Shown: positions 12,660-25,276 of the stretch, one piece after another
How the letters are laid out: the number at the start of each line of letters is the position of its first letter
How positions within the stretch are numbered: the stretch's first letter is position 1
Source of the DNA: Camelus ferus
Lineage: Eukaryota
Assembly: GCF_009834535.1 (NCBI RefSeq)
Contig: NC_045697.1
Span: 77,812,001 to 77,876,000 of the forward strand
Direction of reading: 5' to 3'
Length of the DNA: 64,000 nt
Made by a program: the position numbers and the translations under genes
Notes under the pieces: generated by a model
The model's database searches: none
Told to the model about the DNA's origin: nothing
The model's input: only the letters and a program-made list of their open reading frames with translations

Positions 12660-13495
12660 TGTTTTAAAATAAAAAATGTGTTTTATTTTGTTATTGAACA
12701 ATGTCAAAGAATAATACAAAAACACCCATGTAACCTCACCAAGGTTCATTAAATAGTAGCATTTTTGCCACACCTGGTCTCCTTGCCCCTGCACCTTCTC
12801 TCCTCCCCTTCTACACACATACAAATCTCCCTTTCTCAACCATCCAAAAATTAGGTAGTGTACATCAGAACGCTTCACCTCTAAATACTTCAGTTCTCAC
12901 GAATAGGTGGTTCCTCTACACAACTACAACACCGGCACCGCACCTAAGAAAAATCGTCATCAGTTCAGTAACAACATTCAACATGCAGTCCATACTCAAA
13001 TCTCCTCAGTTATCCTTTTTGCTAGATTATTTTTTCAGTCCAGGATCTAATCAGGGTTGATATATTTCACTTGGCTGTTATGCCTGTTTAGACTCCCTCC
13101 ATTTTGATCTGTACCAATGCTTCATCTGTTTATAATATTAAATCATTTGAAGAGTCCTGCAGAAAATTCCATAATCTGAGTTTGTCTATTCCCTTGTGTT
13201 TAGTTTCAAATTGAACATTTCTGGCAAGTGTACGTTGTGAGTGATGCTATGTACCTCCCACTGCATAATGTCAGGAGGCAGGACTTCAGGCCATCCCACT
13301 CGAGGCAGTGCCAAGCCCCATTACTTGCTTTTTGTGGTGATCACTCCATTATAAAGGCATATTTCATCCCTTTGTAATCAATAAGTTATCTTTGGGCTGA
13401 TAACTTAAAACTGAAAGATTATCCTGCTCCCTAAGAATCTTTCACCTATTATTTAAGCATATTTCCTTGATGATCTGAATCAATTTTTACATTGT
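12660..13495 (-). mobile_element. Old L1MC/ME 3' UTR fragment
   Basis: aacacccatgtaacctcacc...tttcagtccaggatctaatcaggg...ggtgatttttctcattctacc. Confidence 0.55.
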
Positions 13496-15065
13496 GGGGT
13501 GGGTTACAAAGTGGTGATTTTTCTCATTCTACCAGTCCTTCTATATTTATTAGTGGGTAAAGTGTGCTTTAAATAAACACTGAATAAAATTATAAAATTG
13601 CATCAACTAAACAGTACTTTAAATTTTCATCACCAGGCCTTAGTACTTCTGAAACTGATCCCAGCTGTTCAGTTTCTCCAAATTCAAAGATAGATGATGG
13701 CACCCAAAAGTGTCTGAGATACTTTAGGACTTCAGTTCATTTTCAACTGGGCACCACCCTGAGGCAAGTCAAGCACATTCACATGTAAGGTTGGGGTCAC
13801 CCCCTCCAGGGAGCTGTTCCTTATCAACCCCAGGTGGAGACAATTGCTCTCATTTGTGTCCAAGCTGTGCCCTGTACAAACCTCCATCAGAGCACCTCTG
13901 ACACTTTATCACACATAATTACTGTTGTATTTATTTCCCTCTTCTGGATAAGCTCAAGGAGGATACAAATCTTGTCTTCTTTCCCCTAGCATCTAAGATG
14001 ATGCTCAATGCATACTGAATTAACACTGAAGTCACACACAATCTACATCAGCTAACAAAACCCCTGAGAGGTAAACAGGGCACATGTCCCTTATCTATCT
14101 TATTTAGAGAGCAACTCAAAGACATTAAGTGATCTGTTTTCAGGAGACTGAAAACACCCAGTGACAGTGGATTATGCCACAATTGTGATTTGAAAATAAA
14201 TTCCAGTGACTCTTACCAAGTGGTTAAGGGATTTCCAGGAATAGGAAACATCACAGATGTTCATTTCTGTTACAAAATGCCTTGCCCATTTTCTCCAAAC
14301 CTCCTTTTCTTGAATATCCTTCCCATTTTTCTAATTATCAAAGCTATTATTTATTAATTAATTATGTAAAGGTGAAACAGAAGCAAGGAAAGACTAAATA
14401 ACTTGCTCCATCACATTCCTAGAAATCAAAGGGCCAGGATTTACCCTGATAGTGCAGGGTGCAGGCTGTAACCCTCTCATGATGGTGCCTTAGTCACTGC
14501 TTTAGAGCAGACCAAGTGTCAGGCCCCGGCAAAGAAGAACCACCTAGATAGGAAGTATTATTCTCCTCATTTACACAGGAGGAAATCAGTCTTACAGAGG
14601 GATCAGATAACTTCAAGTAATAGGCAGTAACTAGCAAAACTAGGCTTTTGGACCCAGAAGACCTGACTTCATAGCCAGAACTCTTAACCGCTAATCCACT
14701 GCCTCCTTAACTTGCTGCTTCCCCCATTAATGTTCAAGTGCACACTACTTCTTACACAGTTGACTTTACAGAGGAAGGGAAATCAGCAGTTGTGCCAAAA
14801 ATAATAACAGCTAATTATTTACCAAACATGTACTATGTGCCAGGAAGTGTTCTGAATATTTTAAATGTGTTATTACATTTCATTCTCATATTCACCCCAT
14901 AAAGTAGGTTTTGCTTTAAGCATGATACACACATTCTCATTTAATCCTCACAGTCAATATCTTTATGAAAATCATTGAGATTTTATCTCGGGAGTATAAC
15001 TGGTTCATGAAAATGTGCATAGAATGTGTAGCTTAATAGAGAGCACCTCACAAAGACCTGCAGTA

Positions 15066-16332
15066 AAGCTCTATACTCCAAAAACTATAAGACATTGATG
15101 AAAGAAACTGAAGACAACACAAACTGAGAAGATATGAGAAGATATACCATGTTTTTGGATTGGAAGAATCAATATTGTTAAAGTGACCATACTACCCAAG
15201 GCAATCTACAGATTCAATCCAATCCCTATCAAAATAACAGTGGCATTTGCCACAGAACTAGAACAAAATAATTTAAAAATCTGAATGCAAACATAAAAGA
15301 CCCCAAATAGCCAAAACAATTTTGAGAAAGAACAACAGAGATAGGGGAATCATGCTCCCTGACTTCAGACTATACTACAAAGATATAGTAATCAAAACAG
15401 CAAGATACTGGCACAAAACCAGACACATAGATCAATGGAACAGGATAGAAAGCACAAAAATAAATCCATGCACTTATGGCCAATTTATCTATGACAAAGG
15501 AGGCAGGAATATACAGTGGAGAAAAGACAGTCTCTTCAATAAGCGGTGCTGGGAAAACTGGACAGCTACATGTAAAAGAATGAGATTAGAACATTCTTTC
15601 ATACTGTATACAAAATAGACTCAAAATGGATTAAAGACCTAAATGTAAGATGAGATACTGTAAAACTCCTAGAGGAAAAGGTAGGCAGAACACTCCTGGA
15701 CATAAATCTAAGCAATATTTTTTTTTTTTGGATTTATCTCCTAAAATAAAGGAAATAAAAGCAAAAATAAACAAATGGGACCTAATTAAACTTAAACACT
15801 TTTGCACAGCAAAGGAAATCATCAACAAAACAAGGAGACAACCTACTGAATGGGAGAAATTATTTGCAAATCAAATGACCAATAAGGGATTAATATCCAA
15901 CATATATAAACAGCTCATATAACTCAACATCAAAAAAAAAAAAAAAACAGTAAAAAATGGGCAGAACGGAATAGACATTTTTCCAAAGAAGAAGTGCAGA
16001 TGGCCAACAGGCACATGAAAAGATGCTCTACATCACTAATCATCAGGGAAATGCAAATCAATACCAAAATGAGATATCACGTCACACCCGTTAGAATGGC
16101 TGTGATCAAAAAGTTTACAAATAACAAATGTTGGCAAGGATGTGAAGAAAATGGAACCCTTGTACATTGTTGGTGGGAATGTAAATTGGTGCAGCTACTG
16201 TGGAAAACAGTGTAAAAGCTTCTCAAAAACTAAAACTACCGTATGACTCAGCATTTCCAATCCTGGATATATACCTGAAAAAAATAAAAATACTAATTCA
16301 AAAAGATATATGCACCCTATTGTTCATTGCTT
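15066..16332 (+). mobile_element. L1 ORF2 C-terminal fragment
   Basis: ORF-track peptides [67 protein letters not shown]; frameshifted. Confidence 0.92.
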
Positions 16333-16349
16333 CTTTTAAAAAATAATTT

Positions 16350-17580
16350 ATCTCTTTTTATTTATATTCTCTACTTGAAAAGTCCTTGACATAATCATAC
16401 TTTACATTGGTTCTTTGAATATATTTACGATAGTTGCTTTGCTCTGAAGTTTTTATCTTCCAAGTCCAGCATCTGGTCCTCCTCAAGACAGTTTCTGTTG
16501 GCTTATTTTCTTTCTCCTTGTGAATGGGTCACAGCTTTCCTAGATTTATTTTTGTGTGTGCGTGTGTCTAATTTTGTTGAAAATTGGTTTCATTAGAGAA
16601 TATATTGTAGTAACTTTCAGTTCTGATTATTTTCCCTCTGAGAAGTATTGTTGCTGTTTATTTATTAGTTTAGTGACTTCTCTAGACTAAGTCTTTGAAG
16701 TCTGTTTCATCTGCAGTGTGTGGCCATTGATGTCTCAGCTTAGTTTTTTTTTTTTTTAATTCTTTTTAATTTTAAATATAGCTTCCTAGGATTTCCTTTG
16801 AATTTGCATAATTCAGTAGGCAGCTAATGACTGATCAGAGATTTTGCTTAGAGTCAGTAAGGTTTCTACCCTTTGCCATTGGCTCTATGTGTGGCTTGAG
16901 GAATATTTTGAAGCTTCAGACAATTTAGAAATTTGCTCCTTATTTTACTTTTTGCACGCACAAGGGTCTCATGATCCCGTGTTCAGCCAATGGCAATTAG
17001 CTAGAAGGCTTTCCAGTCTCTTCTGTGTGTATGGGTGCCCTTGTGCATGCATACAAGCTTCCTGAGCCCTAGGGTATGTGGGAGCTTATCAAGACCTACT
17101 GTGGCTATCTCATTTCCCAGATCTCCTTGTTAAATTTCTGGCTGATCTGCTAATCTGTTACTTGTTCAATTGTAACAGATTACCAGTGTAATCTTAGTCT
17201 AACTGCAATGTTGGTTTCCCTGGATATTTGCCAGAGATCATTATTATTTTTATCAGTACCTCTGGGTATATGGGATTTTTTTGCATTCTGTTCCAAATCA
17301 GTCAGCCCATTCAGGCCCTGAGGCTACCTATCCCCATCGGCTGCCCCACCTGGTAGAACCCTGTGCTGTGGAGCTGATGTGGTGTGGAACGCAGAATGGG
17401 AGCTGCCCCAGCCTGGAACTCCAGTACTCCCATTGTTCTTATAGCGGGTCAGTAGTTTTTTCTTAAATCAACACTTCTTAAACTGCTGTGTGTCTTTGAT
17501 CAATTTCCAGAGTCTTGAAATTTTTTCTGAAAATTTTTATCCAGTTTTATCACTACTTTTTGGCATGAGGATGTGCTACG
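16350..17580 (-). mobile_element. Old L1M 5'/ORF1 fragment
   Basis: atatttacgatagttgctttgctctgaag...caagtccagcatctgg, antisense ORF1 start region. Confidence 0.55.
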
Positions 17581-17599
17581 CTTCCCTCTGGAGAAGAGA

Positions 17600-17860
17600 G
17601 AAACTTCCTTCTGGAAATTCTGCCTCCTACAAGGCCTTTTAAGACTTAGACCTGAAAGCTACACAGTATCACTTCTGCCTCATTCTACTTTTTCCCCCCT
17701 CATTCTGTTGATCAAAGCAAGTCACAAGTTAGCCATATTACAAGGATAGAGAAATAGGCTTTACCTCTTGATGGGAAGAATAATAAAATATTACAATGCT
17801 AAGCGGCAAGCATACAGGGATAGGAGAATTATTGTAAATGTCATGCCAGCGATCTAGTAC
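17600..17860. mobile_element. MLT1 (MaLR) LTR fragment
   Basis: cacagtatcacttctgcctcattcta...tcaaagcaagtcacaag...cctcttgatgggaag. Confidence 0.6.
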
Positions 17861-18229
17861 AGTAATAATAGATGTAGACAGAGATGAAAAAGAGAGATAT
17901 GTCTATGGGTACAGATATGGATCTAGACATAGATTACACTTAGATAATTATAGCTTCCTTATCCTCATCTAAATACTTAGCGAGAAGTGAAAGACATATT
18001 AAAGAGAGACAGAAGTAAAAGGAGTTATTGAAAACAAAGCCTCTGTTTTAGATCTAGCTTACAATCAAAGTCTTTGCAGTGAACAAATTAAATTTAAGTA
18101 AGACAGCTTGAGGGGGAAAAAAGTGTGCTTATGAAGGGATATGATCACTAAAATGTTATATTCTGATTCACTAGCACAGTTGGTTATAGTACAGCCCTAA
18201 TGAGACAAAATTGTGAAAGTGTGCTGTGC

Positions 18230-18385
18230 AGAGAGAACACTCTAATTCACCCTCCCTCATAAAACCTGATGAGGCAGGAATAAACTACTAATGAGGAAAC
18301 TGAGAGATCAAGTTGCTGACATAGCTGACTAGCAGTGCAGGTTGGATTTAAACCCAGACAATCTGTGTCTACAGTATGTGCTGCA
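18230..18385 (-). mobile_element. MIR SINE
   Basis: atgaggaaactgagag...ggatttaaacccagacaatctg. Confidence 0.55.
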
Positions 18386-18411
18386 TCCCAGACAGCATTT
18401 TCTATACTAAC

Positions 18412-19095
18412 CACTTTTGGGTTCCTCCCGGACCTTTCAAAGTCCTCTAGTTATACCTAGGGATTTGCAGGTGTGTGTCCCATGCACACAGCACTTTTAG
18501 TTGCTGTGTCATATCTACCATCTTCTTTAACATCCCAGCTCCACTCTGGTTCCCCACAGTTATGGCCCCAAATCAGCCAGTCCTCATGAAAGCACTGGTT
18601 GTTGATGGTGTTGCTGCTCCACTGCTGGCCCCGTCCTGTGAATGGTTCTCTGAGCCATGTGGCAGCTGCCAGCTTGGATGTAGTCACTGACACCCAGCAG
18701 GGGCGGTGCTGCCAGTACTGGCAAAATCTCTGTTTCTGGCAGATGTCATACGCTGCCACCAGGAGTGTTGGACTGAGCCGGGCCTCTGTCTCTCTCCCAC
18801 TCCAGAGCCTCAGTCAAAAGTCAAGGTGGGCAAGCTGAGCCAAGTGGCAGGCACTGCTGTCTTCAGAAGTCCTCCTCCTCCTGATACTGAGTACTGGTCT
18901 ACATCACACTTAAGGGCCCATTCTTTTATGATAAAATTTTCTTCTGGTTGGTAATTCAGTCTGGATGTAAATAGACTCTTGGTGGGTCTGCACCACCGGT
19001 CCTCAATCTCTTGACTCACTGAGATAAGTTCAAGAAGCTCTGTTAAGTTCTGTTAAAGTTAAGCTGAGCTCCCCACAATAATGGCATCTTCAGAA
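18412..19095 (-). pseudogene. Decayed hAT/ZBED-like transposase segment 1 (DNA-binding region, first catalytic Asp, CxxH motif)
   Basis: Frame-hopping minus-strand translation: QNLTELLELIS, ELPTRRKFYHK (18925-18957; cf. ZBED1 ELPSRKYISTK), LTFD/LWSG (18796-18824; hAT TxDxW), FGAITVGN (18549-18572; cf. FGATTN), CMGHT (18472-18486; cf. CLGHT), LGITRGL; donor-like G|GTTAGT at 18411; frameshifts and stops. Confidence 0.75.
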
Positions 19096-21059
19096 ACTAG
19101 TGTTGGCACACTGTGTTGGCACAATGTATTGGCATCAAATTCCCATGTAACAAACACTATTATTCATGTAATACAAATAGCAACAAATTTAAAAAGTATT
19201 TTCCAGGTGATTCTCATTCTGATAAATGATATTTTCATATACAAGGAAAGAAGACATTTCCTGAAAAATACTAGACTGACTTCTACCTTGATATTCTAAA
19301 AAATTTCTTTTGGTATTGAAACTTGGAATAGTCCATTTTGAGGAACTACCTATTTAGTACAATTTCCTGCTTCAGTGTGATTTTTAATATGTCATTTTCC
19401 CTGGAGATTAAGGCATAATCTCTTAGAATAGTTTATATTAATATTCTAAAGTAAAGATGATTGACAAAATTATGGATTTTGTTTTCTTTTTTTGGTCATA
19501 TTTCCATAAGTGAATAAGCTATTTTCTCAGGGCAAAGTTAGTTTTTTATTTTTCCTAATGTTATATATACTTTTCATGCAAAGAAAATTTTACTTAGTAC
19601 ATTAGTGTTGAATCTGAGTAGGCGGCCTGAAGGAAAGAATATACCTCATATTACGATTTATTTTTTAACCATTGAATAATTTATCTAATAGGTTCTGGCC
19701 CGATTGAGGACTATAAGAAAAGCATGCAGAATTGAATACTCATTTTCTCCTTAAACCTGAAATACTACATTGCCTGATTTTTTAAACATGATCTGTATAT
19801 TAGAAAGACTAGCAACAGATAAAATATATAATTACCTGATAATTTTATTTCTTAATTAAAATATTTCTAAAAGTTACTTCTAATTTTGCAGTGTTTTATG
19901 ATAATAAAACTCATTTGGCATTGAAAGTATAGTAGTTCAAGAATACCCATTGAAGAGGTATTTCTTTTAAAAATGCAATTTACAAAAAAATCAAAACCCA
20001 TTAATTCTCAAACATTAGTCTATTTTCTAAGTTATTGTGCTTTTAGTTCCCATGTTTTTGGAATTATTCACATAGAAATTTACTCTTTGATTACAAAAGA
20101 AACATTGAGATTGGTATTTTTAAAAAACAGATAAAAGGAAGGTACAGTTGACAGGTTTTGCTTTGGACTACAGGACTATCTATATATAGTTATACAAATC
20201 ATAAGTAAGGAGCAGAGTACTTTTTATTATTTACAAATAGTTGAAAACAATTTCTGCTGTAATTAAACAGAAGACACTCTGAATATCAGGAAACAGATTT
20301 ATTTGAAAATAACAAACCACTGGAATTTTGGAGATTTACCTGTATGGGCAATTCTGTTCAAATTAGTACAAACTCTTCCTATGACTCCCTCTTAGTCTCA
20401 TTTCTTTCCTGAACATTTTAGGGGAAAACATTTTTATAGATCTTATTTTTTTCATGGCTTTACATACAGTTACAACTATTTTTGTGTAACAGGCCCTAAA
20501 TCATTACATTCAAGTGCAAGCATGTCTGAATAATACAGTCTTTGCAGAAGACATAAAGTTCCATCACATGAAATCTGAAAGTAAGTATTTTTATTCTACA
20601 TCAAGTTAAGTCTTGTACCGAGAGCATTTATTTTTACTACACCCCATATTTTTCCCACAGGAAATGTTTGACATTCTAATGTTTTTTTTTTTTTTTAATG
20701 AACAGAGATGGCTAGATTTGAGACTTCCTAAGTAAACTGCATTTAATGAGTTGAATCAATGTGTAGAGTAGTGCTTGGCACATAATAAATCCATATATGT
20801 ACTAGCTATAACCATTCAGAATTGGTTATAGAATTGCGTAAGAGTTACATATTCATCTCAAAAACTTTCTTCTTTGTCACTCACAACAAAGCAAAACAAT
20901 ACATGAAGGATAGTGGAATTTGAAGGCAAATTGGGAAGAATTTCCAAAAATCTCTATTCTAGGACTATTTGTTCTTATTTATTTTGGTACTTTTTTTCTA
21001 GAAACATTTTAGCAGATAAAGAGCTAAAAAACACACTTCAACTTCTATGTAATGGAGTG

Positions 21060-21460
21060 TTCAAGTTTCAGTTTGGAGCATAATAACTGTCCCTCAGGAG
21101 CAATCGGAAGTACAGCACTCATGCCCACATTAAAAGGAAGACCACATTGTCTTCATCAGGTTTTCCCTCCTGTGATACATCCCAGAATCTCCCAGAATGC
21201 TTAATTTTTGTGAAATACCAGCCATGTTTGCCTTTGGCTTGCAGATAGAACCAGAACTGACTGTTCCCTGTCTGAGAATGATGAACTCCACAAAGGCTAT
21301 GAGAAGCTGGGTGTCCAGAATATGCTATGTTGCTTCTGCCTGTTAAAGCAGCTGAAACCTGTAGAGTCCAAGGAAATTCTCCATTCCTCACAGCCTGCAC
21401 TGGATCATGTTATTGCTGCCCTCATGGTGATGATTACTGCAGTCACCAGAGTGGTTCTTC
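21060..21460 (-). pseudogene. Two degenerate BED zinc-finger-like motifs
   Basis: PLW...NMIQCRL*GME (21379-21408; TGA where the second Cys is expected) ...STGFSCFNRQKQHSI (21321-21365); second copy AFW/FWDVSQEGKPDEDNVV(F for C)LL/CGHE (21118-21200). Confidence 0.6.
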
Positions 21461-21774
21461 AGGCACAAGATAGGATAGTCATAACCAAAGCATAAATGTT
21501 AGCATTAAAATTGGCCTCCAATGTGACAGTTCTTAATGTCACTCAGACCACTCTCTCTAAGTACAAAGGCTCCTTTCCCGTCATCCCACCAAGCTGGATG
21601 GCTAATTTGGGAGTGGTTCTAGTGTCTGCCAACCCACAGACCCAACACCACAGTTCCCCCTGACTATACACTCAGAGCAAGGATCAGCTGACCAATTCTG
21701 TCTCTTTCTACCCTTATGGAAGCTTTCTCCCCCCTGGAGCTTCCATGCCCTTCCTTGACCTAGTCAGAATACAT

Positions 21775-22815
21775 GGATCCATTAATTTTGGATAGTTTCT
21801 ATTGTCAGACCTTCAAATTCATTAATCTTTTTCTTCCACAGTGTCTAAGCTATTATTTATTCCATCCAGTGTATTTTTCAACTCAGACGTTGTAGTTTTC
21901 ATCTCTAGAAGTTCAATTTAGCTATTTTAAATTTTTTCTATGTCTACTTAATTTCTGAACATATAGAATACAGTGGTAATACTTGTTTTAGTGTTTTTAT
22001 CTGCTAATTCTAATATGTGTGTCAGTTCTGGTTTTGACTGATTTTTTTTCAGCCATTCAGAGATTCTCATTTCCTGCTTCTTTGCATGTCTTGCAATCTT
22101 TGATTGAATGACAGACACTGTGAATTTTGTCCTGTTGAATGCTGGATATTTTGTATTCCTATCAATATTCTTGAGCTTTGTTCTGGGATACAGTTAAGAT
22201 AGTAGGAAACACTTTTATCCTTTTGGGTCTTGCTTGTAAGATTTATTAGGTGGGACCACAGCCATGTTTAGTCTTTGGGTAATAATTCACCACTGCTGAG
22301 GCTAAACTCTTCTGAACAATCTACCCTATGCCCTGGGCATGCTGAGGTTTTCCAATCTGGCTGCTGGGAACAGGAACTATACCCAGCCCTGTATGAGTGG
22401 TCATGATGTTTCCTCTAATATCTTCAGGGGATTTCCTTGCCTCTGATAGTTTCCTCACAGGCATACACTGATGAGCACACTGTTGCATAGTCAGGGGAAC
22501 ACTGTATGTCTCTGGATTTCTCCCTCCTCCTTAGTTTGTCTCCTTGGATTCTCAGCTCCGTCAGTTCAACTCAAGGAGTCCTGTGTTCCTCCTCTTTACA
22601 CTACAGCCTGGAAACTCTTTTAAAGCAGTAATCTGGAGCAAAAGTAGGGCTCCTCTAATTTGTTTCCTGTCTTTCAAGGCTGACTGTTTTATGCTGTCTG
22701 ATGTCTGGTTACCTGAAAACCATATATTTCATATATATATTTTTCAATATTTTTTGTAGTTTCAGATGGAAGGATAAATCTGACCCCTGTTAGTCAATCC
22801 TTACTATAACTGAAA
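21775..22815 (-). mobile_element. Old L1M 5'/ORF1 fragment
   Basis: ccatccagtgtatttttcaactcagacgttgtagttttcatctctagaagttc. Confidence 0.65.
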
Positions 22816-23241
22816 GTCCACCAAAATTTGAATATCAGACAGACTTCAATAATTTTCCATCTTGAAAAATGGAAAACTACTGAAGTCTGCTCAGTAGGGA
22901 AGGATTTGAAGAAGTGGTATTTTGAAAATGTCTAAACGAGAGGTTTAGAGATAGCAATCTTATTGGAAGAAGGGACTTAGAGCTGTATTTGCATAGTGCA
23001 TTACATAATATTGAAATAATCCACATTCTATCAAAGTATGTGGGAGACTATGGGGAGGGGGCTAAACCTGACTGGTGCTAACTTCAGGTTGGGAGAATCT
23101 CAATCTCTTTTCTACCAATAAAGCTCTCAGCATTTTAATGTAAATCTGTCCTAAATCTCCACAGCAGGCTTAAACACCATATTTGAAAAGTGTTTACCCA
23201 CATACAGTTAAAATTCTACCCAATCCTTCTCAACCACTCAC

Positions 23242-23675
23242 CCCATGGGAAGGAGAATGCCTCACAGAATGTAAAAACATAGCAGGTCCTTCTGCACTGC
23301 AACTTTGCATAGTCTACTTGCTTCCTTGTGGTTTCGGCATGGAATACAAAAGGGAACAAACACAGAGTAGGCTAGTCAGGAATGGGAGAAAACTAACTAG
23401 AACACCACTGCTGAAAATACGTGGTCACGTCTGCCAGATCCATTTCATTATCCTCAAGTGGATTCAAAGCAGCCCAGCCGATGCCTACATGAAGCCTGAG
23501 TGAGTCTCCAGAGTTTGGAGACACCATCAGAGAAAGATAGCTTATTCTCCCTTCCATGCATGAGGATGTACCAATCCAAGAAACCCCTGTTCCCCACTGA
23601 GTTCTTACAAAGACTGCTGTCTGAAGCAGGTATCATATCTTTCAAGAACCTACACTCATCCACATGGAAATAAAT
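23242..23675 (-). pseudogene. Degenerate C2H2 zinc-finger exon remnant
   Basis: FPC/DECRF; (S)SLCKNSVGNRGFLDW(Y)ILMH with C-x2-C-x12-H-x3-H spacing if S was C and Y was H (single-base changes); DSLRLHV; YV(F)TFCEAF; donor G|GTGAGT at 23241. Confidence 0.55.
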
Positions 23676-24129
23676 TCATCTTTTAATTTTTAATATAATT
23701 TCACAAAACGACAGTTTTAGATGCTTCAAGGAATACAGAAGTATCTGACAAGGAAGTGCCTGTGATCTAGTGGGGAAATCATGTATTTATCAAAAATAGA
23801 ATAAGGGAAGGAAAGGTAAATAAGAGGTAAGTAACAATATAAAATGGCAATATAATAAATTTCATGGGTATCAAATAATTGGTAGAGAAAATATTCATAT
23901 TTGTAAGTTCAGAGGGATGTGTAATCACTAGATGAGTTGGTTTTAAAAGGCCTCATAGAAGAAATGGGGCTTGTGCTTGGTAAGATTTCAGTGAGCAGAT
24001 TTTGAATTTTTTTCCTCTACAAGATTCATTTTGACTCATTTTATTATAACTTTCATTTCACAGAATTACCTTCAGAGGTAAAGAAAAGTTTAAAGAAAGG
24101 GAAGGTGTAAACAATTATAAAATTCAGCA

Positions 24130-24320
24130 TTCCCCACAGTAGAAATTCAAACGTTCTACCCTGGGGACAGCTGAATCCCAGCTTCTCCTGGGCTCTCCAG
24201 CTGTAGTGGACCCACAGGACAGCTTCTAAACACTTACTTCTCCAAGGTGGGGAGTGGGAGACACCATTCATAAGGCAAGTACTGTTTCACTGAGTACATA
24301 ATAGTGCAAGGAGTTGCCCA
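24130..24320 (-). pseudogene. Degenerate C2H2 zinc-finger remnant
   Basis: PCTI/CTQ; LWVHYSWRAQEKLGFSCPQGRTF (finger end, TGEKP-like linker, FxCxx(C)GRTF with second Cys missing). Confidence 0.5.
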
Positions 24321-25276
24321 TCATTCTGATCATTACCTGATTCAGTGAATGTGATAATGAGATAAAGTTGTTTTAATACTGCTGTGCATGTTCAAGCAAG
24401 GTTAGTAGCATTATTTTTCTGCTGTCTGTGGAAGTATTTTATAGACTGGATGCTAGAAAACTTCTGAATGTGGAACTGTTTGTCAATGAAGCAGAGGTAG
24501 TATGCTGTTTACCTCCCCTCCTTGGACACAGGAAAGCAATAATGTTCTACATATATCAAGAGAAATGTTAAATAAAGCTAGTGAAAGTTAAAGCTCATGA
24601 AATTGGACAAATGAAGACAATTAAACCCATGAAGAAGGAAAATACAATGCTGTGTGCTCTCCTACAGCACAAAGATACATTGGGGCAAGTGAGAGAGAGG
24701 GACATGCAGCCAGGGAGTTGAGTAGTGAAGTGTTCATTACAACTACAACATAATATATGAGCCTGCCAGTGCATGGCTCATAAGTGAAAGCAAAACACTC
24801 TCTTGGAGTATGGGGCCATTTTCTGACTTGGCTCAATTTATATTCAAAATATAAAGCATAATTTCTTACATAATGTTTGGCATTTTACTTCATAATATTT
24901 TAGTCACCATTATCATGACTCTTCAGATTGAAATTTCAGGAAGTCTTTATTTCATTTCCTATTGCCTACAACATCTCACCTTTAATGTCAAACAGAATTT
25001 TTTTTCAACATGCTATGACATTATCATAGAAATTTTCAAATATTATGACTGCATAAAGAGAGAAGTCAAAGATATTTTTCCAGCTATAATGCCAAATCTT
25101 TGTTATTATTCCAGTGCCAAGTATTTTAAAGCCATTTCTACGTGAAGAATAAGTATTGATAATTAAATCCAGGAATTCCACCTTAATTTATTTTCCTTCT
25201 AGAAATAACTACCAATAAATAAATAACATTTCTATATTATTCACATCAGGAGTGGAATTATACATGTGCACTTTGA

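Noticed and set aside
13620..13750. Minus-strand SWDQFQ/EVLRP resembling the hAT W..L.PF motif
   Set aside because: Out of collinear order, and a better match exists at 7444-7500; likely chance.
15066..16332. Second tail-less L1 fragment as another internally primed insertion
   Set aside because: No TSD found; a later deletion is the simpler explanation.
22820..22931. Possible extra exon of the fossil gene (acceptor-like ctctcgtttag, KSFPTEQ..FH)
   Set aside because: No Cys pair recoverable; too weak to call, though worth including in a profile alignment.
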